Origin: Candidatus Obscuribacteraceae bacterium
Lineage (GTDB): Bacteria > Cyanobacteriota > Vampirovibrionia > Obscuribacterales > Obscuribacteraceae
DNA length: 64,000 bases
Assembly (NCBI GenBank): GCA_044226015.1
Contig: JBGAHS010000002.1
Span: forward strand, 160,001-224,000
Reading direction: 5' to 3'
The notes beneath the pieces are model-generated. The model saw only the letters and a list, made by a program, of their open reading frames with translations, was not told the DNA's origin and searched no databases. Positions 1 to 9,608 of this stretch are shown here, in pieces; position 1 is the first letter of the stretch; each line of letters opens with the position of its first letter. A program made the position numbers and the translations under genes.

Positions 1-574
1 CTTAGTTGATGCACTTAGTAATGTTCTCTCTCCTGTCGCAAACTGGGCACGTTCACAATCAGTGTGGCCTCTGACCTTCGGAACGAGCTGTTGCGCAATC
101 GAGATGATGTCAGTTGGTATGTCAGCATTTGACATTTCCAGATTTGGATCTGAAGTATTTCGCGGTACCCCGCGTCAGGCAGACCTCATTCTCACAGCTG
201 GAACCATCACAAGAAAGATGGCGCCGGCTCTAATCACCTTGTACGAACAATTACCAGAACCAAAGTTTGTTATCGCCATGGGAGCCTGCACCATCACTGG
301 TGGCATGTTCAATGACTCGTACTCAGTCGTCCAAGGCGTTGACAGAATCATTCCAGTCGACGTTTACCTGCCGGGTTGCCCCCCACGACCAGAAGGCATT
401 TTGGACGCTCTGCTGAAACTGCAGCAAAAAATTCGCACACAATCGCTTGCAGAAAGAATGAAAAAAGCAAATCAAAGTCGCGCAATTCGCTATGTCGACT
501 ACGACACAGGAATGCCATTGGAAGTGCTAAAGGCAGCTGCTGATGAAGCAAAAGCGCTAGCCGGCGACGAATAG
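1..574 (+). CDS. nuoB: NADH-quinone oxidoreductase subunit B (5' end outside window)
   Basis: Motifs [50 protein letters not shown]; frame is open from position 2. Confidence 0.97.
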   Translation, partial: LVDALSNVLSPVANWARSQSVWPLTFGTSCCAIEMMSVGMSAFDISRFGSEVFRGTPRQADLILTAGTITRKMAPALITLYEQLPEPKFVIAMGACTITGGMFNDSYSVVQGVDRIIPVDVYLPGCPPRPEGILDALLKLQQKIRTQSLAERMKKANQSRAIRYVDYDTGMPLEVLKAAADEAKALAGDE

Positions 575-596
575 AAATAGCTGAGGAATCGGAAAA

Positions 597-1424
597 ATGA
601 CAGAACCAGAATCTGGAGCTACGCCCCCAGAGAAGCCAGCAGAAAAGCCGGTAGAGCAAGCGGCAGAAAAGCCAGTCAGCGAACAAGCGGCGGCTCCAGC
701 AGAGAAACCAGCAGCAGCCGCGCCAGAAGCGGCAGCCCCGGTTGAAAAACCGGCAGCTCCAGCAGCAGCAGCTCCAGCTACAGCAGCGGCAGCACCCGCA
801 GAAAAGCCAACAGCCCCAGCTGCTCCAGCAGGTGATGCAGCAGCCGCAGCAAAACCTGTTGCCAAACCAGCAGCGGCAGCAGCTCATGCAGCTCCGGCAA
901 AGCCAGCTGAACCACCGAAGCCGCTGGAACCTGGATTTTTTGGCACCTTCCTAAAAGAAATCGGCATCGATTCTGAAAGAGACCCCGACCATTCCCGTGG
1001 AGTTGAATGCATCACGGTCGCGGCTAAGGATCTCGAAAGCGCCGTTAAGCGCCTTCGCAATAGTCCTGAAACTCAAATGAACTACCTCATCACCATTACC
1101 GGTGTTGAGCAAGCTGATCATTTTGAATCTGTTTACCATCTCTGGTCTTACACCAATTTGAAAGAACTGGTGTTAAAGGTCAAAATTCCGAAATCATCAG
1201 TTCCGGAAGGCGCACTGCCGGTAGTGCCATCGATAGCCAATTTCTGGGGCGCGGCAAACTGGCACGAACGCGAAACATATGACCTGGTTGGAATTCGCTA
1301 CAGCGGGCATCCATACTTGCGTCGCATCCTCAATCCGTGGGATTGGGAAGGTCATCCACTGAGACGCGATTACAAGCAACCAGTGGATGCTTTGAACGAC
1401 AAAAATCCTGACAGTTTCCGCTAA
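597..1424 (+). CDS. nuoC: NADH-quinone oxidoreductase subunit C with ~110-aa Ala/Pro/Glu/Lys-rich N-terminal extension
   Basis: ANWHERETYDLVGI..GHPYLRRIL..WEGHPLRRDY signature; lies between nuoB and nuoD. Confidence 0.95.
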   Translation: MTEPESGATPPEKPAEKPVEQAAEKPVSEQAAAPAEKPAAAAPEAAAPVEKPAAPAAAAPATAAAAPAEKPTAPAAPAGDAAAAAKPVAKPAAAAAHAAPAKPAEPPKPLEPGFFGTFLKEIGIDSERDPDHSRGVECITVAAKDLESAVKRLRNSPETQMNYLITITGVEQADHFESVYHLWSYTNLKELVLKVKIPKSSVPEGALPVVPSIANFWGAANWHERETYDLVGIRYSGHPYLRRILNPWDWEGHPLRRDYKQPVDALNDKNPDSFR

Positions 1425-1445
1425 GAGGTTAAAAGGAGAAGCAAT

Positions 1446-2651
1446 ATGGCAGCCGAACTGACCTCACCAGAGTTAAAGACCCAGGAGATGATTATCAACA
1501 TGGGTCCGCAGCACCCTGCTACGCACGGTGTACTGCGTCTCATCGTTACGCTCGATGGTGAAATCGTAACTCATGTTGAGCCCGTTCTCGGACACTTGCA
1601 CCGCGCACAAGAATGGCAAGGGCAGGTACGTACAGTATTTCAATACCAGGCGCTTATCGATCGCGTCGACTATCTCTCAGGAATGTTCACCTCCTGGGCG
1701 ATGGCTAAAACAGCCGAAGACATAGATGGGCTGATCGTTCCGAAGCGTGCGGAATACCTCCGCGTGATTCTTTCAGAAATGAATCGCATCACCTCACATT
1801 TGCTCTGGTTGGGAACCTACCTCATCGACCTTGGTGCGATGTTCGGTTTCCCCTTCTATCCATTTCGTGAACGCGAAAAATTGTTTGATTTGTTCGAAGC
1901 CGTAGCTGGACAGAGAATGATGTTCAACTATATTCGCATCGGCGGAGTAGTTAGAAACCCTCCATTCGGCTGGTTCGACAAATTGAAGTACTTCCTTGAT
2001 GAGTTCCCAGATCGTATTGATGAGTACGAAGCAATCGTCACTGAAAATCCGATCTTCTTAAAGAGAACAAAGGACGTAGGCTATCTCTCTCCAGAAATTG
2101 CAATGAACTATGGAATGAGTGGTCCATGTGTGCGCGCATCGGGCATACCGCTCGATTTGCGCAAGACAAAACCATATTCCGTATATCCAGAAATTGATTT
2201 CACAGTTCCTGTAAGAACTGAAGGCGACACCTGGGCACGATACATGTGCCGCATCGCAGAAATGCGTGAGTGCGTCAACATCATCAGGCAGGCAATTGAA
2301 AAAATACCTGGCGGAACCACAGAAGAATTGAGAAAAGGTCTCGGAACGACCGGACCGGAGAAAGACGACAGCAAAGACCTGCCACCAGAATGCTTGCTGA
2401 TGGCGAAGAAGCAAAATGCTGGTCTTCGTATCAAAGCTGGTGAAGGGTTCTCAGCAGTAGAATCTCCTCGCGGCACAATCGGTTGTTACGTCGTATCTAA
2501 CGGCTCTGATAAAGCCTACAGATTCAGATGGCGCAATCCTTCATTCTGCAATCTGTCCGCATTGAGCCACCTTCTGGTTGGTTCTCCGATTGCAGACGTA
2601 ATGGCTATATTCGGATCAATCGATGTGATCCTTCCGGACGTAGATAGATAA
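1446..2651 (+). CDS. nuoD: NADH-quinone oxidoreductase subunit D
   Basis: NMGPQHPATHGVLRL, DRVDY, ESPRG, C-terminal DVDR; AAGGAG RBS. Confidence 0.97.
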   Translation: MAAELTSPELKTQEMIINMGPQHPATHGVLRLIVTLDGEIVTHVEPVLGHLHRAQEWQGQVRTVFQYQALIDRVDYLSGMFTSWAMAKTAEDIDGLIVPKRAEYLRVILSEMNRITSHLLWLGTYLIDLGAMFGFPFYPFREREKLFDLFEAVAGQRMMFNYIRIGGVVRNPPFGWFDKLKYFLDEFPDRIDEYEAIVTENPIFLKRTKDVGYLSPEIAMNYGMSGPCVRASGIPLDLRKTKPYSVYPEIDFTVPVRTEGDTWARYMCRIAEMRECVNIIRQAIEKIPGGTTEELRKGLGTTGPEKDDSKDLPPECLLMAKKQNAGLRIKAGEGFSAVESPRGTIGCYVVSNGSDKAYRFRWRNPSFCNLSALSHLLVGSPIADVMAIFGSIDVILPDVDR

Positions 2652-2684
2652 GACTGAATACTCACGGCACAAGGGCTGAGGTAA

Positions 2685-4223
2685 ATGACCACTACTGTTA
2701 CGACCACACCAAACGTAAGTTCGACAGCAAGCGCTGATTACAACATCAATGAAATATGGAAGTTCGCAAGAATTTCTTTCATATGGCTCTGCATCATATT
2801 CGGTGCAGTCTGGATGGCTTCGTGGGCTGTCGGCTCCGTTATACCGAGCCTCATTGACGAGTTCTCTCCAAATAATCCGGCAGCGCATTTAGTCGCCAAC
2901 ATCATCAGAATGTTGACGCCACTGGTGTCGGTGCTGGTCTTCATTCCAATAAATGCAACCTACATGGTTCTTGCGGAAAGAAGAGGATTGGCTCTGTTAA
3001 CTGTCAGAAAGGGACCCAACAGAGTTGGTCCAGACGGATTTCTGCAGACCGGTGCCGACGCTGTCAAACTGCTATTCAAAGAGAATATTGACCCCGAAGG
3101 CAGTGACACATTGATGTTCACCCTGGCGCCAATTATCTTCTTTGCGCCTTCCGTTTTCGGTGCAATTCCTTTACTAGCAGCGGTCACCAGCAATCACGAA
3201 CTTTTCCAGGTAGTGAACATACCAACGGGTATCTTCTACATCTTAGCGATGTCATCGATTCCAGTTGTTGGAATTGTGATGGGCGGTTGGGCCAGCAACA
3301 ATAAATACTCTCTCGTAGGTGGTTTGCGTTCTGCAGCACAAGCGATTTCATACGAAATTCCGCTTGTAATGGCAGTAGTGACCATGTGCTTGCTGATCGG
3401 TACTCTCAATGTAGTGGACATCGCCTGGTTGCAGAACCCTGTTGAACTTGCAAAATGCGTTCCGAATGTGACGACAGTCGCAAGCGGTGCAGTGGAAGCT
3501 TGCCAGAAATGGGACATGCTTCGCGGCAATTCACACCTGGGTCACGCAATCAGCAGTATCGGTATCAACAACCTCGGTCAGTTTGGATTCCTCAACTGGA
3601 ACATATTTGGAGGAGACACACTAACCGGTTATCTGGCGCTCTTAGCAGCAGGCAAGTATAAGATTGGGGAAGCAATCGTAAAAGGCATACTTGCCGTGTT
3701 TCTAGTGCTCTGCACATTCCTTTTGTGTGGCTTGTATCTCACAGGAGCTTGCGCTGAAATCAACCGTATTCCTTTCGACTTGCCAGAAGCTGAGTCTGAG
3801 TTGGTTTCTGGATATAACACTGAATATAGTGGTATTCGTTTTGCAATCTTCTTCCTTGCAGAGTTCACTAACCTCTTTATCGTCTCGAGCATTGCCGTTG
3901 TGATGTGGTTTGGAGGCGGCGCTTCACCGTTTCCTGGTGCGTTCTATCAGGCAGCCGTCCTTACCCCGATGCAGGACGTTTTCAATCAGATAAATGCTGT
4001 TTTGAAAACGGCGCACCTACCAGCACTGCTAAACGCAGTTACATTTAGCGGAGTCATTTGGGCAATTCTCAAAGTCTACGCCCTCGTATTTTTTGCCATT
4101 CTGGTTCGCGGCACGCTGCCTCGTTTCAGAATCGACCAGCTAATGGATTTCGGTTGGAAGAGACTGATTCCTCTAGCCTTGTTTTTACTGATCGCAATTA
4201 CATATCTCAAGGAGCTTATCTAA
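2685..4223 (+). CDS. nuoH: NADH-quinone oxidoreductase subunit H (enlarged, 512 aa)
   Basis: ERR..RKGPNRVGP.G.LQ..AD.VKL.FKE, GWASNNKYSL.GGLRS.AQ.ISYE, NRIPFDLPEAESELVSGY.TEYSG, PRFRIDQLM.FGWK. Confidence 0.96.
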   Translation: MTTTVTTTPNVSSTASADYNINEIWKFARISFIWLCIIFGAVWMASWAVGSVIPSLIDEFSPNNPAAHLVANIIRMLTPLVSVLVFIPINATYMVLAERRGLALLTVRKGPNRVGPDGFLQTGADAVKLLFKENIDPEGSDTLMFTLAPIIFFAPSVFGAIPLLAAVTSNHELFQVVNIPTGIFYILAMSSIPVVGIVMGGWASNNKYSLVGGLRSAAQAISYEIPLVMAVVTMCLLIGTLNVVDIAWLQNPVELAKCVPNVTTVASGAVEACQKWDMLRGNSHLGHAISSIGINNLGQFGFLNWNIFGGDTLTGYLALLAAGKYKIGEAIVKGILAVFLVLCTFLLCGLYLTGACAEINRIPFDLPEAESELVSGYNTEYSGIRFAIFFLAEFTNLFIVSSIAVVMWFGGGASPFPGAFYQAAVLTPMQDVFNQINAVLKTAHLPALLNAVTFSGVIWAILKVYALVFFAILVRGTLPRFRIDQLMDFGWKRLIPLALFLLIAITYLKELI

Positions 4224-5048
4224 ATGTTCGCTCTCGTAGGACGCTCAATAGAAAGCCTTCGCCAGGTAGCGCGCGGTCTGGGAACCGTGTTTATGCATGC
4301 TGCCAGGCAACCAATCACCAAAGAGTTCCCGGATACCATGCCTTTGCTGGCAGGCCATTTCCGTGGACGATTGGCACTGGCAGTAAACCCTGAATCTGGC
4401 GATCACCTCTGTATTTCATGCTTGCAGTGTGAAAGAGTTTGCCCGGACAAATGTATTCAGATTACCTCTCACAAGAGTCCAGAAACAAACAAGCCTGAGC
4501 TAATCAACTTCCAGATCGACCATGGACTTTGTATGTTCTGTGGTTTGTGTACAGAAGTCTGCCCAACAAGCTGCATCATCAATACGAATGATTTTGAAAT
4601 GGCAGATTACACACGTAAATCGCTGGTTTATGACATCAGAAAGTTGACATTGACCAAGGATGAATCGGCTCACTACTTTGCAAAGAAAGAACTGCCAATG
4701 CCGAAACCAAAACCGGCAAAAAAACCAGCAGAAGCAAAGCCAGCTGGCGCAGCAGTTGCAAAACCAGCACCAGACAAACCAGTTGGAAAACCTGAGGCAA
4801 AAGCAGAAGCTAAGCCTGAAGCAAAACCAGAAGTAGCAGCGGATAAGCCAGCTCCCGCTCCAGCAGCAGCACCGGCGCCTGCCGCAGCAGCTCCAGCAGC
4901 TGAATCTAAACCTGCAGAAGCAGCAGCTCCAGCCCCAGCACCGGAAGCAAAACCAGCTGTCGAGATGGACAAAACTAGAGAGCTAGCTAAGCCTGATGTG
5001 AAAACCGACGAAGTAAAGTCGGAAGAGCCCAAGAAGGAAGGTGAATAA
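4224..5048 (+). CDS. nuoI: NADH-quinone oxidoreductase subunit I with Ala/Pro/Lys/Glu-rich C-terminal tail
   Basis: Two 4Fe-4S motifs CISCLQCERVCP and CMFCGLCTEVCP; follows nuoH. Confidence 0.95.
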   Translation: MFALVGRSIESLRQVARGLGTVFMHAARQPITKEFPDTMPLLAGHFRGRLALAVNPESGDHLCISCLQCERVCPDKCIQITSHKSPETNKPELINFQIDHGLCMFCGLCTEVCPTSCIINTNDFEMADYTRKSLVYDIRKLTLTKDESAHYFAKKELPMPKPKPAKKPAEAKPAGAAVAKPAPDKPVGKPEAKAEAKPEAKPEVAADKPAPAPAAAPAPAAAAPAAESKPAEAAAPAPAPEAKPAVEMDKTRELAKPDVKTDEVKSEEPKKEGE

Positions 5049-5050
5049 CA

Positions 5051-5674
5051 ATGCAAGGATTGGCAGAATTAGGAACTTCAGCAAGCCACCACATTGAAAC
5101 AGTTCTCTTCTATGTAGCGGCTTTCGTGACCATTCCTCTGGCATACGGTGTGTTGCTAGACAAAAACGTTATCAGAGCAGGGTTTCTGCTTATCGGAGTA
5201 TTTGGCGGAGTCTGTGCACTCTTCCTTCTTCTCCAAGCACAATTCCTTGCAATGGCGCAGATGATGATTTACGCAGTCGGTATCACACTGGTTGTAGTAA
5301 TCGCACTCATGCTCACAAACCCAACATTGGATTATGAGCGCAGCATTGACTTACCACAACAAAAGGTTCCGGCACTGCTTACTTGCGGACTCGTATTTGC
5401 AGTCCTCTATATGGCAGTTCTCTCAGAACCATGGCCAACACAAAACGTTAGTCCATCACCAGACAACGTCATGGTATTGGGCAACAGCCTGCTAACACAA
5501 TATGCGTTGCCCTTTGAGTTCGCATCGATTCTTCTGCTGGTGGCATTAATCGGAGCGGTAATGTTGGCAAAGTCAGATCATTTCAAACCAGGCGAAGAAC
5601 TCTTAGACGAAGAGACAGATATTGGTGGAGTATTAGATATAAAGGGGCAGGAAGATGTGGTCCAAGTCAAATAG
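5051..5674 (+). CDS. nuoJ: NADH-quinone oxidoreductase subunit J
   Basis: Hydrophobic; [15 protein letters not shown] and [19 protein letters not shown] motifs. Confidence 0.93.
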   Translation: MQGLAELGTSASHHIETVLFYVAAFVTIPLAYGVLLDKNVIRAGFLLIGVFGGVCALFLLLQAQFLAMAQMMIYAVGITLVVVIALMLTNPTLDYERSIDLPQQKVPALLTCGLVFAVLYMAVLSEPWPTQNVSPSPDNVMVLGNSLLTQYALPFEFASILLLVALIGAVMLAKSDHFKPGEELLDEETDIGGVLDIKGQEDVVQVK

Positions 5675-6209
5675 CATTGTTACCGCTTACTTTTTCATCA
5701 TCGCTGTCATTACAGGCGTGCTGATGATGAATGGCTTTCAGGGCCTAGCACCAAATATGCCACCAGAGTTTTTTGCTCTTGGAGGAGTTGGAGTCACGAT
5801 CGCTCTTGGTTTAGCAGCTTTCTTGATCGGAGCTGACCTGACCCCAATTCTCGTGACCGCAACACTAGCCACCTTCGTGCTTCTTACCTACAACCACCAC
5901 GCAGACCCATTGATGCGCTATTTGATTCTAGCTGCAATGTTATTCTCGATTGGTGTTTATGGCATGACAGTGTCGAGAAATGCTGTACGTGTATTGATGT
6001 CGATAGAGTTGATGCTCAATGCAGTTAACATCAACCTGGTTGCATTCTCACGTTATGTTGACCCGACCGAAATCAAAGGACAAATATTCGCCATTTTCAT
6101 TCTTACCGTTGCAGCTGCTGAAGCTGCGGTCGGACTGGCAATCGTTCTTGCGCTATATAGAAACAGCGCCACTGTCGATATGGAAAAATTCAACCTGCTT
6201 AAGTGGTAG
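5655..6209 (+). CDS. nuoK: NADH-quinone oxidoreductase subunit K with hydrophobic N-terminal extension (start uncertain)
   Basis: [34 protein letters not shown]-terminal LLKW. Confidence 0.93.
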   Translation: MWSKSNSIVTAYFFIIAVITGVLMMNGFQGLAPNMPPEFFALGGVGVTIALGLAAFLIGADLTPILVTATLATFVLLTYNHHADPLMRYLILAAMLFSIGVYGMTVSRNAVRVLMSIELMLNAVNINLVAFSRYVDPTEIKGQIFAIFILTVAAAEAAVGLAIVLALYRNSATVDMEKFNLLKW

Positions 6210-6994
6210 TGGACGACCAAGCCGAATACGACAAACTGCGAGAAAAACTCATGCAATCTCTTGAAGCGAGAGATTGCATGTCAGCTACTGACGAGTTGCA
6301 TCAGCTATTAGCATTTTTTGAAAGCAGAAATGCCACAGAGTACATCGATTACATCGAATACCTCTTCTTGCTTCACCAGGTCTACATCGAAATGGGTGAT
6401 GCTGGCAGCGCGGTTGGCGTTCTTGGAAAATTGCTAAATCACTTTTTGAAGAATACAGACCCCAAGTTACTGAAGGCGAGAGCGGTAGAAATTTACGTCA
6501 AAACCTGGACTTACCTCGGCTACATTCTGGCTGAAACTGGGCAGGCGGAGAACTCCATCATGGTGTTCAAGAAATCGCTTCCTTTGCTGATGCTAATGCG
6601 CGGGCTCGAAAGCCACGAGCTCGAAACCGTGCAGTGGTATATAAAATCACTGCGCACAGAAGGGCGAATAACTAGCGATGAACCTCCCGACGCCATGGTC
6701 TCTGAGCAAGAACTGGAAGGTCTCAGGTGCTCATTCTGTTTCACTGGCCAAACAGAAATTGTCTCGGGTCCGGCGGTACACGTTTGTAGAGCTTGCATAG
6801 AGAGCTACCATTCGTTTCTGCCCGACAAAGCCTACTGCTCACATTTAAGGTTGGCAGCACCCTCAGCAGCCTGCTCATTCAATTGCGGAAGCAAGCCTGT
6901 TGATATTGAGGTTTTATTTCCAGGCTTCGGTGGTTTCATTTGCGGCGCCTGTGTTGAAAAATTCAACGACCCTGAATATTGGGAAAATAACTAA
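6203..6994 (+). CDS. Hypothetical protein: helical/TPR-like N-terminus plus two ClpX-type C4 zinc-finger-like motifs
   Basis: CSFC..SGP.V.VCRAC and [18 protein letters not shown] start overlaps the nuoK stop. Confidence 0.7.
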   Translation: MVVDDQAEYDKLREKLMQSLEARDCMSATDELHQLLAFFESRNATEYIDYIEYLFLLHQVYIEMGDAGSAVGVLGKLLNHFLKNTDPKLLKARAVEIYVKTWTYLGYILAETGQAENSIMVFKKSLPLLMLMRGLESHELETVQWYIKSLRTEGRITSDEPPDAMVSEQELEGLRCSFCFTGQTEIVSGPAVHVCRACIESYHSFLPDKAYCSHLRLAAPSAACSFNCGSKPVDIEVLFPGFGGFICGACVEKFNDPEYWENN

Positions 6995-7185
6995 TGTCCA
7001 ATTTCGCAAGTGCCCGTGTATTTAAAGAATGGGGCACTGGGCAATCCTGAATTTTATAGACCTGGTAATTCCACCATGGACCATAAGCAAGGATTGACTA
7101 GTATATAAACAGGCTAAAATCAGATTCGGTATCAACTTGTCGCGACTTCAAATTTCCTCGTTTAGGGCGTGGAGGCTTAGTTTCG

Positions 7186-8352
7186 ATGGAAGATACTTAC
7201 GTAAGTCGCGTTAATTACGGCGAAGAAGCTGTAAAGCAAGATCCCTTTGGCTATCACCAGAATGGGGATTCGAGCAACAACAGCTCATACAACGCCGATG
7301 CTCAGGCTCGTCCCAATTGGGATGCGTACAGCTATTATCAGGACAAAAGTCCGACAGCGCGCAACAACAGCGACATGCCACCAAAGTGGAATGTTCCGCC
7401 GGCTGCCGATATTCAACTGCCTAAAACTGACGTGCAGTTGCCGGCAACGGACAGCAACAACAACAAGGCACGTGAGATTCGACTCCCAGACGGGGCAGTA
7501 AATCGCTTCGACGATCAGGGTAGATGCACATTTACCGGCTCGGCAGATGGCAGAAAGTCGCGCGAAGTTAAGTATGAAGATCAGAGTGATCCAAACAAGA
7601 TAACCCAGGTCACCATAGATCAAAACAGAGTTTACACACGAAACGCTGATGGGCGCTCGTGGTCATTGCAAGTTAATGGACAACAAGCAGGCACCTGGTA
7701 CGGTGATGTGCACATGTCCAAGACTGGCGAATACTCCATCGAAGACCATCGCACGGGCGAACAAAGAAAGTTTGCATCAAACACTGCTGAATTGACTCAA
7801 CCGCGCGACAACCAGAATTGCCCGCCCGGTACAGATTGCAGTTCAGGACAAGCTCAGTATTACCGCCGTCCGGCGCAAACAGAGTTCTGCCAACCGGGAC
7901 AACAGTGTCGTCCCTACTACAGACAAGAAGTTCAACAAGACCATTATCGCCGCGCACCACAGACGGAATACTGCCAACCAGGTCAACCATGTCGCCCGTA
8001 CTATCAGCAACCTGTTCAATATGATCAGTATGGTCAGCCAATTCAAGGCACAAGAGGCTCTTATGACCAGGGACAATGCTATCCGCAGCAACGCGGCAAT
8101 TGCTACCCGCAATCATATGACCGCGGATATGGCAATTGCTCAAGCTATGGTGGCAACGGCGTCGGACGCGCCATAGTTTCCGGCATGGTAAATGGAATGA
8201 TTTACCGTGGAATGGGTTATGGCGGTTATGGTGGTTACGGTGGATTCTATCAGCGTGGCTACGGCTACGGCGGTGGCAACATCGGCGGAGCCATAATCGG
8301 CAATGTGATCGGTCGCGCCATCATGGGCGGTGGACGCCACTGCAGATGGTGA
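7186..8352 (+). CDS. Hypothetical protein with Gln/Tyr/Cys repeats and a Gly/Tyr-rich C-terminus
   Basis: 388-aa ORF, GGAGG RBS, followed by a terminator; internal 28-aa duplication. Confidence 0.8.
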   Translation: MEDTYVSRVNYGEEAVKQDPFGYHQNGDSSNNSSYNADAQARPNWDAYSYYQDKSPTARNNSDMPPKWNVPPAADIQLPKTDVQLPATDSNNNKAREIRLPDGAVNRFDDQGRCTFTGSADGRKSREVKYEDQSDPNKITQVTIDQNRVYTRNADGRSWSLQVNGQQAGTWYGDVHMSKTGEYSIEDHRTGEQRKFASNTAELTQPRDNQNCPPGTDCSSGQAQYYRRPAQTEFCQPGQQCRPYYRQEVQQDHYRRAPQTEYCQPGQPCRPYYQQPVQYDQYGQPIQGTRGSYDQGQCYPQQRGNCYPQSYDRGYGNCSSYGGNGVGRAIVSGMVNGMIYRGMGYGGYGGYGGFYQRGYGYGGGNIGGAIIGNVIGRAIMGGGRHCRW

Positions 8353-8378
8353 TCTGACCGAAGCAAACTAGAGGTGTA

Positions 8379-8411
8379 GAACCGCCTGCTTATAACAGGC
8401 GGTTTTCTTTT
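8379..8411 (+). terminator. Rho-independent terminator
   Basis: AACCGCCTG-loop-CAGGCGGTT followed by TTCTTTT. Confidence 0.8.
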
Positions 8412-8485
8412 AGCCATCATCAAAATCTTCCATGAATTTTCTGGCGTTTCCTTAATCTTGAACATGAAAAGATGCAGATATTCCT

Positions 8486-8528
8486 GTGCTATAGTTAACC
8501 ATATACAAAATGTAGTCGGATAACTACT
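8486..8528 (+). promoter_or_regulatory. Extended -10 (TGcTATAGT) plus GTAGT-N6-ACTAC operator-like palindrome, copy 1
   Basis: 34/43 identical to 9388-9430; ends immediately upstream of the RHH gene ATG. Confidence 0.7.
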
Positions 8529-8529
8529 G

Positions 8530-9123
8530 ATGGGCGAAAAAACAGCAAACATAAGCATCAGAATTCCTGATGAGTACAGAAAACGCTTGCAGCTGCAGGC
8601 AGACAAGAAAGGCGTCAGCTTCCATGCTCACGTTTTGAGAGTTCTAGAAATTCACCTGATGAGCACGGGCTTCGGTCCAACGGCACTCACCTCATCCTCA
8701 GGTCGTCTATTTCAAATTCGCTGCGAACCTTATTTAGACAATGTAGAAGAAACGACCTGGGCCTTCTTCATTGATGAGCCAAAGTTCGAAAAGGAAAGGG
8801 CTTATTTCCTCATTGGAATAGGGCGTACGGTGCTGCGAGATTGGCAGGTAAAAGACAAAGCCACAGTCGCAAAAGAGGTGGGTTTGGCATTGTTGAGCTA
8901 CTACAATCGAAGAGGAATGGAACTCGACCACCTCATCTTTAGCCAGTACCCTGGGCCAGACAATGATGGAAGGCGCGTACTGCAGGTTGCGGAATTGCCA
9001 GAAACCCTGCAAGAGTTCTTAGACCTGTTAGTTGCGGAAAAGTGGACTGACAAATATGTTGAGCAATCAGATAAGAGTCAGGATATACGACGTGGGCGCC
9101 CGGACTCGGCGCTTTACCGCTAG
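8530..9123 (+). CDS. Ribbon-helix-helix (Arc/CopG/HicB-like) DNA-binding protein with unknown C-terminal domain
   Basis: N-terminal ANISIRIPDEYRKRLQLQADKKGVSFHAHVLRVLE fits the beta-alpha-alpha RHH pattern. Confidence 0.8.
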   Translation: MGEKTANISIRIPDEYRKRLQLQADKKGVSFHAHVLRVLEIHLMSTGFGPTALTSSSGRLFQIRCEPYLDNVEETTWAFFIDEPKFEKERAYFLIGIGRTVLRDWQVKDKATVAKEVGLALLSYYNRRGMELDHLIFSQYPGPDNDGRRVLQVAELPETLQEFLDLLVAEKWTDKYVEQSDKSQDIRRGRPDSALYR

Positions 9124-9387
9124 AAATCACGCAGGTTCAACGCCGCAGACGCTTACAGGGCTGCAAAACGCAGCTAAATGCTTAACACATAGACTCATTA
9201 ATATCTATTTTAGAAAGCACTCTGGCGACCTACCCACTTGGCGGGAATGTCATCATTCTTGAAAAGTCTCCTGCCAGAACATCAACACAAAACATCATGG
9301 ACTTATTTGTACTTCAAAAGATGAAAACCTAATGCTAGCAAACAATACAAATGAGTCTTATCATCTTCTGGCTTAGTAAGAGTAAGC

Positions 9388-9430
9388 GTGTTATAGTTAA
9401 CTCAATACAAATTGTAGTTACGTAACTACT
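9388..9430 (+). promoter_or_regulatory. Extended -10 (TGtTATAGT) plus perfect palindrome GTAGTTACGTAACTAC, copy 2
   Basis: 34/43 identical to 8486-8528; about 180 nt upstream of the desaturase. Confidence 0.7.
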
Positions 9431-9608
9431 TCTCGACAGGACCCAAGACAACCAAGGCTTTTTGCGAAAGGATCGGATACTTCCCCTCGAGTTATAGGCA
9501 ACCAGCATTCGGTGCAGCCAAAATCACTATCGAAGCTGACTACCACCAGATGCGGTGCCAAGCAAAACGTTTAGCAAATGCTAAATGGCTCACATAAAGG
9601 ATTAGATC

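Noticed and set aside
348..887. Cys-rich and Ala-rich antisense ORFs over nuoB/nuoC (similar ones over nuoI and the Gly/Gln-rich genes)
   Set aside because: Shadow frames produced by low-complexity GCA/CCA codon runs in the real genes
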